From a virus, in the IMG/VR virus record IMGVR_UViG_3300048926_000477: a stretch of DNA of 64,000 bases; one strand, written 5' to 3'. Of this stretch, positions 36,572 through 44,842 are shown one piece after another; positions within the stretch are counted from its first letter, which is position 1, and every line of letters begins with the position of its first letter. The translations under genes were made by a program, and so were the position numbers. Under the pieces are notes generated by a model that made no database searches, was not told the DNA's origin, and saw nothing but the letters and a program-made list of their open reading frames with translations.

Positions 36572-36900
36572 CGCACGGCCTCCAGCTCTGCCATTGCGAG
36601 GGTGGCGGCGACGATCGTTTCGTGGATGCTCGGGCGCTTGCCGTCGCGGAGGTCGGCCTCGTACCGCTCCATCCCCTCGCGCGCCAGGCGGTCGGCGTCC
36701 GCGCGGCGCATCTCGGCTACGGAGGCCTCTCGGAGAGCGATGTACGCCTCTGAGACTTCCTGACCGAAAGCGCGGGGGCACACCCATGTATTCGCCTGCG
36801 CGCGATCGCGCATGAGGGCATGCGGGTCGGTCGGGTGGGCATCGGGGCAGCGGTGCGGACCGATGCCGTGGCGCACGTAGCGCGTCGCCTTGTAGGTCAC
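36568..36900 (-). CDS. hypothetical protein
   Basis: GTG 36900 with GTGA overlap. Confidence 0.35.
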   Translation of the reverse strand: MTYKATRYVRHGIGPHRCPDAHPTDPHALMRDRAQANTWVCPRAFGQEVSEAYIALREASVAEMRRADADRLAREGMERYEADLRDGKRPSIHETIVAATLAMAELEAVR

Positions 36901-37166
36901 TGGTCGACCGCCTCGATGGAGCGCACGAGGATGGGCACCGTCAGACACTCCTGACAGCCCAGCACCGCGACCCGCGCGAGCGCCGCGAAGTGCGCTTCCT
37001 GGGTCGCCTCGGCGTGCGCGGTGCACGCCAGGTCAACGCACCCGCACGTGTACGTGATGCGGTAGCGCACGGGCGGCGGGGCGTCGTCGGCGTGCTGCTC
37101 GCACGGGATCACCGGCGCCGGGAAGTCGAGCGCGGCGAGCTCTGAGGGGGTGGTGGTCATGCTCAC
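36897..37166 (-). CDS. Cys-rich hypothetical protein
   Basis: Contains CEQH...CGCVDLACTAH...CQEC. Confidence 0.4.
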   Translation of the reverse strand: MSMTTTPSELAALDFPAPVIPCEQHADDAPPPVRYRITYTCGCVDLACTAHAEATQEAHFAALARVAVLGCQECLTVPILVRSIEAVDQ

Positions 37167-37576
37167 AGTGCACGCTCCAGGAGGTACAGGGCGCGGTCAC
37201 GCGCCTCGGCGGTCGGGTAGAACTCCGTAATCAGGTCGCCCTCTGCGTAGGTCGTGATGACGTAGGGGTGCGTCTTGGTGATCCGCGGGTGGGCGGCGTT
37301 GCCGTAGGTGTTGCGCGCGTCGTAGGCGGCGAACAGGACATGCGGCGCGCTCTGCATGAGGTTGCTCGCGGTCGGCTCGCTGATCGTCACGCCGTAGACG
37401 GACGCCGCGCTGCGCATCCGCAGCGCCCACCCTGCGGACATGAGCGGCGTGTGCGCCCGCATGTAGTAGGGCGTCGGCTCCGTTCCGGGCATGCTCGCTT
37501 CGGTGGCCTTCGCGTCGGCGTAGGCGTAGGCGGCGGCGTGCTCGCGGTACTTGGTCCAGGGGGCCGGGGCGTTCAT
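37163..37576 (-). CDS. hypothetical protein
   Basis: 137 aa. Confidence 0.4.
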   Translation of the reverse strand: MNAPAPWTKYREHAAAYAYADAKATEASMPGTEPTPYYMRAHTPLMSAGWALRMRSAASVYGVTISEPTASNLMQSAPHVLFAAYDARNTYGNAAHPRITKTHPYVITTYAEGDLITEFYPTAEARDRALYLLERAL

Positions 37577-38160
37577 GCGGTCACCTGCAGGCTCTCGGCG
37601 GCGTGGGCGCTGAACGCGTCGACCATGGCGGCGTGCATCGCGCGTCGAGTGTTGGCGTCTATGGCCGCGCTGTAGAACTCGCGCGCGCCCTCATCCTGGC
37701 GGTACTTGTCCCACGGGGCGCGGTTGTTGTTCGAGAGGTAGCCGAGGCTGTGCCCGTAGTCCTTCGCGGCGGCGATGAGCGCGGCGCGGTATTCCTGCAC
37801 GGTCCACGCGGGCAGGTCGAGCGTGAGGGCGTCGAACTCGGTGCTGAGCGTCGCGCTCATGCGGTCGGTGAGCGCGTTGGACCAGATGCCGCCGCGCAGG
37901 CCGTAGCCCGCGTGCTCGATCTGGTGATACGTGCCCACGTCCGACAGGTGCCGCGTGGTGCGCCCGATCTTGACCAGGGTTTCCCCGCTCAGACGGTCGC
38001 CGTTCGGCTGCACCGGCGAGATCACGGCTCGCTTGTGGTACATGTCGCCGGCGTCGTCCACGCTGCGCGCGTCCCAGATCATCCAGAGCACGGGTTCACC
38101 GGTTTCGGCGATGGTGAGGCTCGGCAGGGAGAACGTGTCGCCGTAGGTGAGGGTGCTCAC
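37573..38160 (-). CDS. hypothetical protein
   Basis: GTG 38160 with GTGA overlap; VSTLTYGDTFSLPS... Confidence 0.4.
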   Translation of the reverse strand: MSTLTYGDTFSLPSLTIAETGEPVLWMIWDARSVDDAGDMYHKRAVISPVQPNGDRLSGETLVKIGRTTRHLSDVGTYHQIEHAGYGLRGGIWSNALTDRMSATLSTEFDALTLDLPAWTVQEYRAALIAAAKDYGHSLGYLSNNNRAPWDKYRQDEGAREFYSAAIDANTRRAMHAAMVDAFSAHAAESLQVTA

Positions 38161-39023
38161 AGGGACACCTCCCCGGCGATGACGCGGCGCGCGAAGTCGG
38201 CGGCCCACTTAGACACGTCCTGCTCGCTCAGCGAGCCCTCACGGCTGTAGTCCTCCGCGGCCTCAAGCGCCAGGTTCTCGACGTAGGCGACGGTGGGCCC
38301 GCTCTCCTCCCCGCGGGCGATGCGGACGGCGGCGATCGCAATGTCGCGCGCCTCGTCGGCATCCTGTGACAGAATCCAGTTCGAGCTACTGACGATCCGC
38401 TCGGCGATCTGCTCGGGGGTAGCCGCGAGCGTCTCGCGTACCGCGGCGGCGAGCACGTCAGCGGTGTTCTCGTCGCCCCCCTCGCGGTCATACCGCGCAT
38501 AGGCCTCGGCGAGCGGCGTCCGGAGAGCGAGTCCCTTCTCTGCCAGCGTGTCGCGCTCGCTCCACCCGCTCACGTAGGCGTCGGTGAGCATGGACAGAAC
38601 GCCGTCCAGCTCGATCAGGCTCGGGATGCCGTCGAAGGCGTCACCTGCGGCGCTGCGCGCGTAGGCGCGTCCGCGCTCGTGCAGGACTTCCATGTCGACG
38701 GCGATGCGCAGTGCAGTGGTCGCTCCCTTGACGCCCTGAGCGTCGGGAGCGCCGGTCGCCAGGGCGTAGGCCTCGATGCTGGGCGGCTCGATCTCGTCGG
38801 CGCGGGCGGTCAGGTCGGCGGCGAGGGTGCGAGCCTGTTCAGGCGTGAGCCTCGCGGCGGGGCCGTTGTACTCGCTCGCGTAGCGCATCCACAGGCCGAT
38901 AGCTTCCGCGCCGCTGTTGGCGCCGATCTCGGTTTCAGTGGCGTCATACGCATTGTGCGGCACGGCGGGCACGGTCATCGTCAGGGCGTGGTGTGCCTTG
39001 CGGGGCGTGGGGTTCGTGTTCAT
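38157..39023 (-). CDS. first gene of the leftward early operon, hypothetical Ala/Glu-rich protein
   Basis: ATG 39023 (MNTNPTPRKAHHALTMTV) preceded by ggag; lies downstream of the predicted promoter at 39100-39129. Confidence 0.45.
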   Translation of the reverse strand: MNTNPTPRKAHHALTMTVPAVPHNAYDATETEIGANSGAEAIGLWMRYASEYNGPAARLTPEQARTLAADLTARADEIEPPSIEAYALATGAPDAQGVKGATTALRIAVDMEVLHERGRAYARSAAGDAFDGIPSLIELDGVLSMLTDAYVSGWSERDTLAEKGLALRTPLAEAYARYDREGGDENTADVLAAAVRETLAATPEQIAERIVSSSNWILSQDADEARDIAIAAVRIARGEESGPTVAYVENLALEAAEDYSREGSLSEQDVSKWAADFARRVIAGEVSL

Positions 39024-39074
39024 GGGAGGTATCTCCGGTCTGTGGAGCGGGTGTCTAGGTGGGGGCGCGGGGCC

Positions 39075-39087
39075 TTTATCTAGATGA
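39075..39087. repeat. palindromic operator-like site tttaTCTAGAtga, downstream of the promoter -10
   Basis: Member of the TTAGCTAGCTAA / TTATCTAGATAA family (at least 16 copies in the window). Confidence 0.5.
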
Positions 39088-39099
39088 TCCGACGATCCC

Positions 39100-39129
39100 A
39101 CCCTAGGGGCGGTGTGTGCTGTGAGTCAA
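39100..39129 (-). promoter_or_regulatory. candidate early leftward sigma-A-type promoter (-35 TTGACT, 18-nt spacer, -10 TAGGGT)
   Basis: On the - strand: TTGACT (+39129..39124), an 18-nt spacer, then TAGGGT (+39105..39100); flanked by two palindromic TTATCTAGATAA-type sites. Confidence 0.45.
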
Positions 39130-39132
39130 CAC

Positions 39133-39146
39133 TTTATCTAGATAAT
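39133..39146. repeat. palindromic operator-like site TTTATCTAGATAAT abutting the promoter -35
   Basis: Perfect palindrome TTATCTAGATAA; same family as above. Confidence 0.5.
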
Positions 39147-39149
39147 CTG

Positions 39150-39610
39150 AGCGGTCGTGATGTGCACAGGCCGCTGTGGAGGGCGTGGACGGGGCTCGAC
39201 GTTGTGCGAATCGTCAATCGGCCGTATTTGGCTGAGTCTGGAGAGGCCGTCCGTATTTGTTCGTGCTTAAGGCCGTATTCAGTTGCTTATCCCCGTATGT
39301 ATGCTTACGACTTCGTATAAAGTATCGCGAACAAATAAGCGAATCCGTAAGCATGCTTATGCCGATATGCAAGTGCTTATGGCGATATGCACGGCTAAAT
39401 ACGGGGAGTCATTTCCCATGGATAAAGGGAAGTAGGGGTGTAGAGGTGTGGGGGTGTGTGTGTGGTGTGTGTAGTTGTATATTCACAAACATTCGTACAT
39501 GGGGGTACGGCGTGCGGCGTTTGGGGGCTCAAAAATCGGGCCTGAAAACGTCGCTGTGGGAACCTACAAACACACGGGGCCTGTTGAGTTGTTCTGAGGG
39601 CGGGGTGGCC
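39150..39610. other. AT-rich non-coding region with iterons and tandem repeats (candidate replication origin / regulatory hub)
   Basis: No credible ORF and GC far below the genome mean; CCGTATTY in 4 direct copies plus 1 inverted copy (39230-39406); 19-bp tandem tgcttatgCcgatatgca / tgcttatgGcgatatgca (39352-39392); 9-bp inverted repeat atgcttacg / cgtaagcat; GT-rich tract 39425-39480. Confidence 0.5.
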
Positions 39611-39753
39611 TAGCTCGAGAGGGGCGGCGGGGTGTACCGGATGCGGCCGGATCGGGTGAGGTTGGCATCCGGGGCGATGCGCTTGACGTGGCGGGCGCAG
39701 CGGCGGGCGAGGGTGGCAGCTTTGGCACCGGGGGTGCGGGTGCGGTCCGACAT
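39610..39753 (-). CDS. small very basic protein (47 aa)
   Basis: MSDRTRTPGAKAATLARRCARHVKRIAPDANLTRSGRIRYTPPPLSS; SD aaagga; not in the ORF track. Confidence 0.35.
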   Translation of the reverse strand: MSDRTRTPGAKAATLARRCARHVKRIAPDANLTRSGRIRYTPPPLSS

Positions 39754-39991
39754 GATGGGCGATCCTTTCGGGGTGGGGGTGGGTTAAGCGGGGAGCGAGA
39801 GAGCGAAGATGAGGATGAGGAGGGCTCCCAGGGCGATCTGGGAGAGGACGGCGGCGAGGGTGCGGATCATCCGTGGCGCCAATCCGTGTTGGCGAAGGCG
39901 TGATAGCCGCACGCGAGGATGGGGAAGGGGCGCCCGGTGTAGATCGTCACAGTGTCGTCACTGTGGTGCGGGCCGGGGGCCTGACAGAGCG

Positions 39992-40183
39992 TCATGCGGA
40001 CACCTCATCCCCGTTAGCGGCGATGATTCGCCGCGTTTGCGCAACGCTCAGTCGTGCGGCACGCGCGATCTCAGCGGCAGGCACACCCTCGCGGTGCGCG
40101 GCGAGAATCTGGCGGTTGCGACCCTCCGCGCTAACCCGCGAGGCGGCGCGTACTGTGTCGAGAATCAGCGGCCACGCGATCAT
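39992..40183 (-). CDS. small HTH regulator (sigma-70 region-4-like / excisionase-like)
   Basis: 63 aa; GVPAAEIARAARLSVAQTRRIIA is a classic helix-turn-helix. Confidence 0.45.
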   Translation of the reverse strand: MIAWPLILDTVRAASRVSAEGRNRQILAAHREGVPAAEIARAARLSVAQTRRIIAANGDEVSA

Positions 40184-40395
40184 GCGGTCACCGTCCGGGC
40201 GCGGGTGAGGCTGACGCGGGCGGCACGGGCGAGGGTGCGGGGCGAAAACCCGGCACCACGCGCCACTCTCATGAGGGCGTCGCGTCCGGCAGTGCGGGCG
40301 GCGTCGCTTGCTGTCCGAATACGGGCGAGCATGAGGCGGTCGAAGAGGGGTGTCGCGTCGGCTTGTGCGGCGAGGCGGTCGTAGATGGGTGACAT
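40180..40395 (-). CDS. small HTH protein
   Basis: ATG 40395 (MSPIYDRL...); the palindromic motif lies 10 nt upstream; GFSPRTLARAARVSLTRARTV is HTH-like; the longer ORF-track version is rejected. Confidence 0.4.
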   Translation of the reverse strand: MSPIYDRLAAQADATPLFDRLMLARIRTASDAARTAGRDALMRVARGAGFSPRTLARAARVSLTRARTVTA

Positions 40396-40459
40396 GCTGT
40401 GCTCCGGTTTAGCTAGATACGGGCGGGTTAGGCGGTGCGGGCCGCGGTGGCCGTGGCGC

Positions 40460-40984
40460 TCATGCGGACGCCCGGTCATAGGTAATCCAGCGCTTGCGCG
40501 CGTTCTCGGTTTCGACGTAGGCGGCGACGGCATCTCGCAGCGCTCCGGCGTCGTGCTCGCGCTGGAATGCGGTGGCGATGGTCTTGAACTTGCGGCGCGC
40601 GGTGGGGATATCGTCGGGCGTCCGGTAGGCGTCGCGATTGATCCGGTAGCCGACGCGCTCGCCCGTGCTCACCGCGGTGAGCATGTGGTCAGTGGTCGAC
40701 GCGTAGAGCGTGACGGTAGCGGAACCGTCGGCGAGGATGCCGTGGCCGATCTGCTCGCCGATCCGGGTGGATAGTTGCGCGTCGAGCGCGAGGGACCGAT
40801 CGAGCAGAGCATTCGTGACGACGCCCAGCGCCGCGGCGATGACGCTATTGGTCGTCGTGTTCGCGGTGAACTCGGCTTCGTGTTCGGCGACGTACTGCGC
40901 CAGTGCGGCGCGTTCCATCTCGCTCATGTCGGCGCGGGTGGCGGCATCCTCCCAGAATGGGGAGAGCGTGGTGGTCATGGTCAT
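40460..40984 (-). CDS. hypothetical protein
   Basis: 174 aa; SD gggag; palindromic motif about 20 nt upstream. Confidence 0.45.
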   Translation of the reverse strand: MTMTTTLSPFWEDAATRADMSEMERAALAQYVAEHEAEFTANTTTNSVIAAALGVVTNALLDRSLALDAQLSTRIGEQIGHGILADGSATVTLYASTTDHMLTAVSTGERVGYRINRDAYRTPDDIPTARRKFKTIATAFQREHDAGALRDAVAAYVETENARKRWITYDRASA

Positions 40985-41015
40985 GGTGGCTCCCAGGTGT
41001 GTTAGCTAGATACGG

Positions 41016-41447
41016 TCAGGCGGTGTAGTCGGCATAGCCGTTGGATGCGTACCACGCGTAACACTCGGCGAGGGTGAGGAAGTGGACAGCCCTGACAAGG
41101 CCGACGCCCGTGTGGTACCACTCGATCCGATAGTCACACCCGTCGGTGTACGTGTTCGCTTCGTACTCGGCGGACTCTGCGTCCTCTGGGATGTAGAGCC
41201 ACACATCGCCGATGGCGCGATACTCCCCGGGCTCACCCTCCCCCATGTACGGGCCGTACTCACCGCCCGTCGTGCGGGCGTCGGCTTCGGCCTGCGTGAT
41301 GGGCTCAGGGGTGGCGCGTCCGGCCTGCGTGGCGTGCATGAATGCCACGGCGTCGGCGTAGCCGCCCCGCGTGGTGAATCCCACGATCGCACCCGCGACG
41401 CGGGCATACACAGTGAACAGGGGGCGGGTGTCCAGCGCTTCGTTCAT
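41016..41447 (-). CDS. hypothetical protein; first gene of the leftward unit at the divergent promoter region
   Basis: 143 aa; ATG 41447 has no SD but has TAGACT 6 nt upstream on the - strand, suggesting a leaderless transcript. Confidence 0.45.
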   Translation of the reverse strand: MNEALDTRPLFTVYARVAGAIVGFTTRGGYADAVAFMHATQAGRATPEPITQAEADARTTGGEYGPYMGEGEPGEYRAIGDVWLYIPEDAESAEYEANTYTDGCDYRIEWYHTGVGLVRAVHFLTLAECYAWYASNGYADYTA

Positions 41448-41692
41448 GGAACAAGTCTACCGTGAGTGCTTAGGTTTAGCTAGATAAATATGTAGTGTGG
41501 GGGAAGTGAGAACCATACTCAACACACGACGGGGAGGGTGGGAGCGGGGCAAGCGACACGAGCGCGCGGATTGGCGACCGCGGGAAACCACTCAGATTTT
41601 CAGAGCGCGGGCGAAGGGCGCGGAGGGTGGGGCGCCCCCACGCGCAGATTTTTCTTCTCCCCCAAATCGGCCATTCCGCTACCATCGGCCCC

Positions 41693-42019
41693 ATGACGCT
41701 CCACTCCCCCGCCCGGCCCCGCATGCGCTTCAGCCCGATCTTCTGGATCGCCCTGGCCGGCCTCATTGCGATCGTCGCCGTGGGCGTCTACTACAACCTC
41801 CCCGCCGTCGCAGACGCCAAGGCCACCGCCGCATGCGAGGACGCCGTCAAGCCGGCCCTCACCGCCCCCGCGTCAGCCTCCTTCCACAGCTGGAAGGTCG
41901 ACGGCGACACCGTCCGAGGCTCCGTCGACAGCCAGAACGGCTTCGGCGCCCTGCTCACGAGCTCCTTCGAGTGCCGCGTCGTCCCCAACGGCACCGCCGC
42001 GCTCATCAGCATCAGCTGA
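41693..42019 (+). CDS. membrane-anchored protein (one TM segment, extracytoplasmic domain)
   Basis: ATG 41693 (MTLHSPARPRMRFSPIFWIALAGLIAIVAVGVYY) preferred over 41627. Confidence 0.45.
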   Translation: MTLHSPARPRMRFSPIFWIALAGLIAIVAVGVYYNLPAVADAKATAACEDAVKPALTAPASASFHSWKVDGDTVRGSVDSQNGFGALLTSSFECRVVPNGTAALISIS

Positions 42020-42238
42020 GCCCCCAGGGCGCCCCGGAACCGCCCATAGACTCCGCGTCAGCCCCCGGTCGAGACGAGTCCTCTCTCCTTGTCCACCGGG
42101 GGCCTTCGCGTTGCCCTAGTTCCACGCCGCCACCACGCGCAAACCCCTCGAGAAGAGCCCACCTCCCACCGAAACGGCCGGTCGCCGCATATTTTTAGCC
42201 AGCAAATACACGCTCAAGCCCCCTTGTTATCTAGATAA

Positions 42239-42619
42239 ATGGGCGATAATCTGGCTACGCGCCACACGGCGAGACACGCCCCAGAAGCGCAATCACCCAG
42301 ATCCCCGTCGAGAGAGGACGAGATCATCCCTTACCCCTTCATCCTGGAAGCCACCGCCAGTGTCGAGACCCGCCTGTTCGTGTGGGCAGACGACTACGAG
42401 CAGGCCCAAGAGCTGCTCCGCGAGCGCGCCGAAGAGCTGGTCGCCTCGATCACCGACCACTTCCCCGGCCTGAAGGGCGCCGACGGTGTCGGCTACACGC
42501 TGAACGCGCGCGGTGCGCACGGATACGAGGTGATCGGCGCTGAGGCCCTCCAGGTCGGCATCCCCACCGTCAGCACCGACGGGGACATCTGCGACGACCC
42601 GGACCACGAGCACGCATGA
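42239..42619 (+). CDS. hypothetical acidic protein
   Basis: 126 aa; the palindrome TTATCTAGATAA directly abuts the ATG. Confidence 0.45.
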   Translation: MGDNLATRHTARHAPEAQSPRSPSREDEIIPYPFILEATASVETRLFVWADDYEQAQELLRERAEELVASITDHFPGLKGADGVGYTLNARGAHGYEVIGAEALQVGIPTVSTDGDICDDPDHEHA

Positions 42620-42774
42620 TCCTCCTCGGCATCGCCCTCGTCTGTCTCGCGCTCGGCGCGACCACCACGATCCTCGTGCTCGCTGCCCGCGGTGCCCAGC
42701 TGCAAGCGCGCCGGGACCGCGCCCGCACCGCCCAGCCCACCCACGCCACCCAGACCATCAACGGAAGGAAGTAA
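42616..42774 (+). CDS. small TM peptide (52 aa)
   Basis: MILLGIALVCLALGATTTILVLAA...; ATGA overlap with the upstream gene; not in the ORF track. Confidence 0.35.
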   Translation: MILLGIALVCLALGATTTILVLAARGAQLQARRDRARTAQPTHATQTINGRK

Positions 42775-42782
42775 CCCTCCCC

Positions 42783-43721
42783 ATGTTCCTGCTCATCCTC
42801 GCGATCGCGCTCGCGCTCGTCGGCCTGGTGGCCGCCGCGGCCGCGTTCTTCTCGCGCAACGTCAGATTCGCCGCGGTGATCGTCGCGATCATCGCCTTCA
42901 TCGGTGGCGGCGTGTCGCTGTTCTCCGCCACGTTCTACGCCAACGGCGTCGGCGAGGCCAAGGTGCTCGTCAACAGCGTCGACAAGACCGTCGTCGGCAC
43001 CATCGAGGAGCCCGGTTCGGGCTTCAAGGCGCCCTGGATCGACTTCGTCGACTTCGACTTGTTCTCCCAGGAGCTCCTCTACGCCGGCTCCGGTGACTCC
43101 ACCCCTTCGTACTCCGGCGGCTCGGTCTCGGGCGCTGAGGTGACCGTCTCGGTCGGCGGCGCGAACGGCGGCTCCACTCAGGCCAACGTCGACATCTCGG
43201 TGACCTACAGCGTCGACGCGGATGCCGTCGAGGCGATCTACGAGGGCTACCGCTCGCAGGAGCGCTTCACCAAGCAGGTCATCGAGAAGACGATCCTCTC
43301 GACGATCCGCAGCGTCCCCTCGGCCTACTCCGCAACCGACTTCCGTGGCGCATCGCGCACCGAGGCCGCCGACATCATCACGAAGCAGCTGAACGAGAAG
43401 CTGCAGCCCCTCGGCGTCAACGTCGACTTCGTGAACATCCAGAACGTCACCTACCCCGACGAGGTGGAGGCCGCGCTGAAGGACGTGGAGGTGGCGAACC
43501 AGAAGCAGCAGAAGGCCCAGGCTGACCTGCGCGCCGCGGAGACCGCCGCCCAGCAGAAGGTCGTCGAGGCCCAGGCCGAGTCGGACGCCAACGGCATCCT
43601 GAGCGCCAGCCTCACCCCGCAGGTGCTCGAGCAGCGCCGCATCGACGCCCTGCTGAAGGCCGCCGAGTCCGGCAGCCTCATCGTCGACGGCGGTGGCGGC
43701 GGGATCCTCATCCAGAAGTAA
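42783..43721 (+). CDS. SPFH / band-7 (stomatin-prohibitin-flotillin-HflK/C) domain membrane protein
   Basis: 312 aa; N-terminal 2 TM segments, then a typical SPFH core (ADIITKQLNEKLQPLGVNVDFVNIQNVTYPDEVEAALKDVEVANQ) and a C-terminal coiled coil. Confidence 0.65.
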   Translation: MFLLILAIALALVGLVAAAAAFFSRNVRFAAVIVAIIAFIGGGVSLFSATFYANGVGEAKVLVNSVDKTVVGTIEEPGSGFKAPWIDFVDFDLFSQELLYAGSGDSTPSYSGGSVSGAEVTVSVGGANGGSTQANVDISVTYSVDADAVEAIYEGYRSQERFTKQVIEKTILSTIRSVPSAYSATDFRGASRTEAADIITKQLNEKLQPLGVNVDFVNIQNVTYPDEVEAALKDVEVANQKQQKAQADLRAAETAAQQKVVEAQAESDANGILSASLTPQVLEQRRIDALLKAAESGSLIVDGGGGGILIQK

Positions 43722-43847
43722 CCCCACCCCAGCGCCGATGCGGCAACTCCTCCCCACCGCCCCACGCGGGCACCAGGCTGAGGAGTCCGGGTTCGACCCC
43801 CGGCGGCGCACCAGAACACCCCACGACCCCAGACCGAAGGAGAGAGC

Positions 43848-44606
43848 ATGACGAACCCCAACAGCAAGGCGGGCCTCCGCGAGAGGCTCATCGAAGAGCT
43901 TGAGCTGACTTCCCGCCTTGACAGCAAGCTGGCCAAAGCCGAGAGCGTGCTCCGCAACCTCGGCTACGAGCGTGTGACGGATGAACGCCCCATCCCTGGC
44001 TCCTCGGGTATCGTCCTCTTCGATCTTGGTAGGACAGACTGGCGCCTCTCGCGCGAGGCTCTCGAGGAGAAGCGCAAGGTGAGCGAGGACGCCAAGGCTG
44101 CCCACCAGAAGGACATCGCCGCCGCCGTGGAGCAGTCCCGCCTCGACACCCTCGCCGCGGTCATCGACGCGCTCGAGCTGAGCGAGTACGGCTACCAGCG
44201 CCCCAACAGCACGGGCTTCGCGTACCCCGCTGCGGACATCCGAGGAGCCCTCGGTCTCGGACCCAAGGGCCCCGAGCGCCTCTGGTCGGACATCCAGACC
44301 GCCCTCGCGCTGCGCGCTGAGGCGAAGACCGACGCTGACCGCCGGGCCGCCGCGGAACGGCTCAAGCGCGCCACGCGGCCCGCCTTCGCCACTGGCGGCT
44401 ACACCGGCACGACCGGTGACCCGGCCGGGCTTGTTCAGCATGCCCTGCTGAAGGTTGGTTACGCCGGTCCTCTCTCCGCCGCCGACACCGAGAGCATCAG
44501 GGCTCTCGCCAAGCGGTTCTCCACCTCGACCACCGCCAAACCGAGTCCCGCCCCCGCCGCCGCCCCGAAGAAGCCGAAGGCCAAGAAGAAGGCGGCCAAG
44601 AAGTGA
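43848..44606 (+). CDS. hypothetical protein with a C-terminal lysine-rich tail (KKPKAKKKAAKK)
   Basis: 252 aa; the histone-H1-like basic tail suggests nucleic-acid binding. Confidence 0.45.
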   Translation: MTNPNSKAGLRERLIEELELTSRLDSKLAKAESVLRNLGYERVTDERPIPGSSGIVLFDLGRTDWRLSREALEEKRKVSEDAKAAHQKDIAAAVEQSRLDTLAAVIDALELSEYGYQRPNSTGFAYPAADIRGALGLGPKGPERLWSDIQTALALRAEAKTDADRRAAAERLKRATRPAFATGGYTGTTGDPAGLVQHALLKVGYAGPLSAADTESIRALAKRFSTSTTAKPSPAPAAAPKKPKAKKKAAKK

Positions 44607-44842
44607 GCGGCCTGCTGTCGGTCGACTCCCGCCGCGTCGACGCCGTCGTCAGCGTCGTCGGCGGCTCGCTGGAGATCGCCCTCTTCGACGAGGAGCAGGA
44701 CGCCGAACGCTACAGCGCGTACGTCGGTCGCATGAAGCCGTGCGTGGTGATGCCCGACCTGAAGGTGATGCGAACCAGCTTCGCTGAGCACTTCCGTGAC
44801 GACCCGCGTCTGGTCGAGGTCCTCGATCGGGGTGAGGCATGA
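44603..44842 (+). CDS. hypothetical protein
   Basis: 79 aa; ATGA overlap with the upstream gene. Confidence 0.4.
   Translation: MSGLLSVDSRRVDAVVSVVGGSLEIALFDEEQDAERYSAYVGRMKPCVVMPDLKVMRTSFAEHFRDDPRLVEVLDRGEA

Noticed and set aside
40396-40533. Longer version of the 40180 HTH ORF starting at 40533
   Set aside because: The extension is Pro/Arg-rich low complexity and contains the palindromic regulatory site and SD of the shorter ORF.
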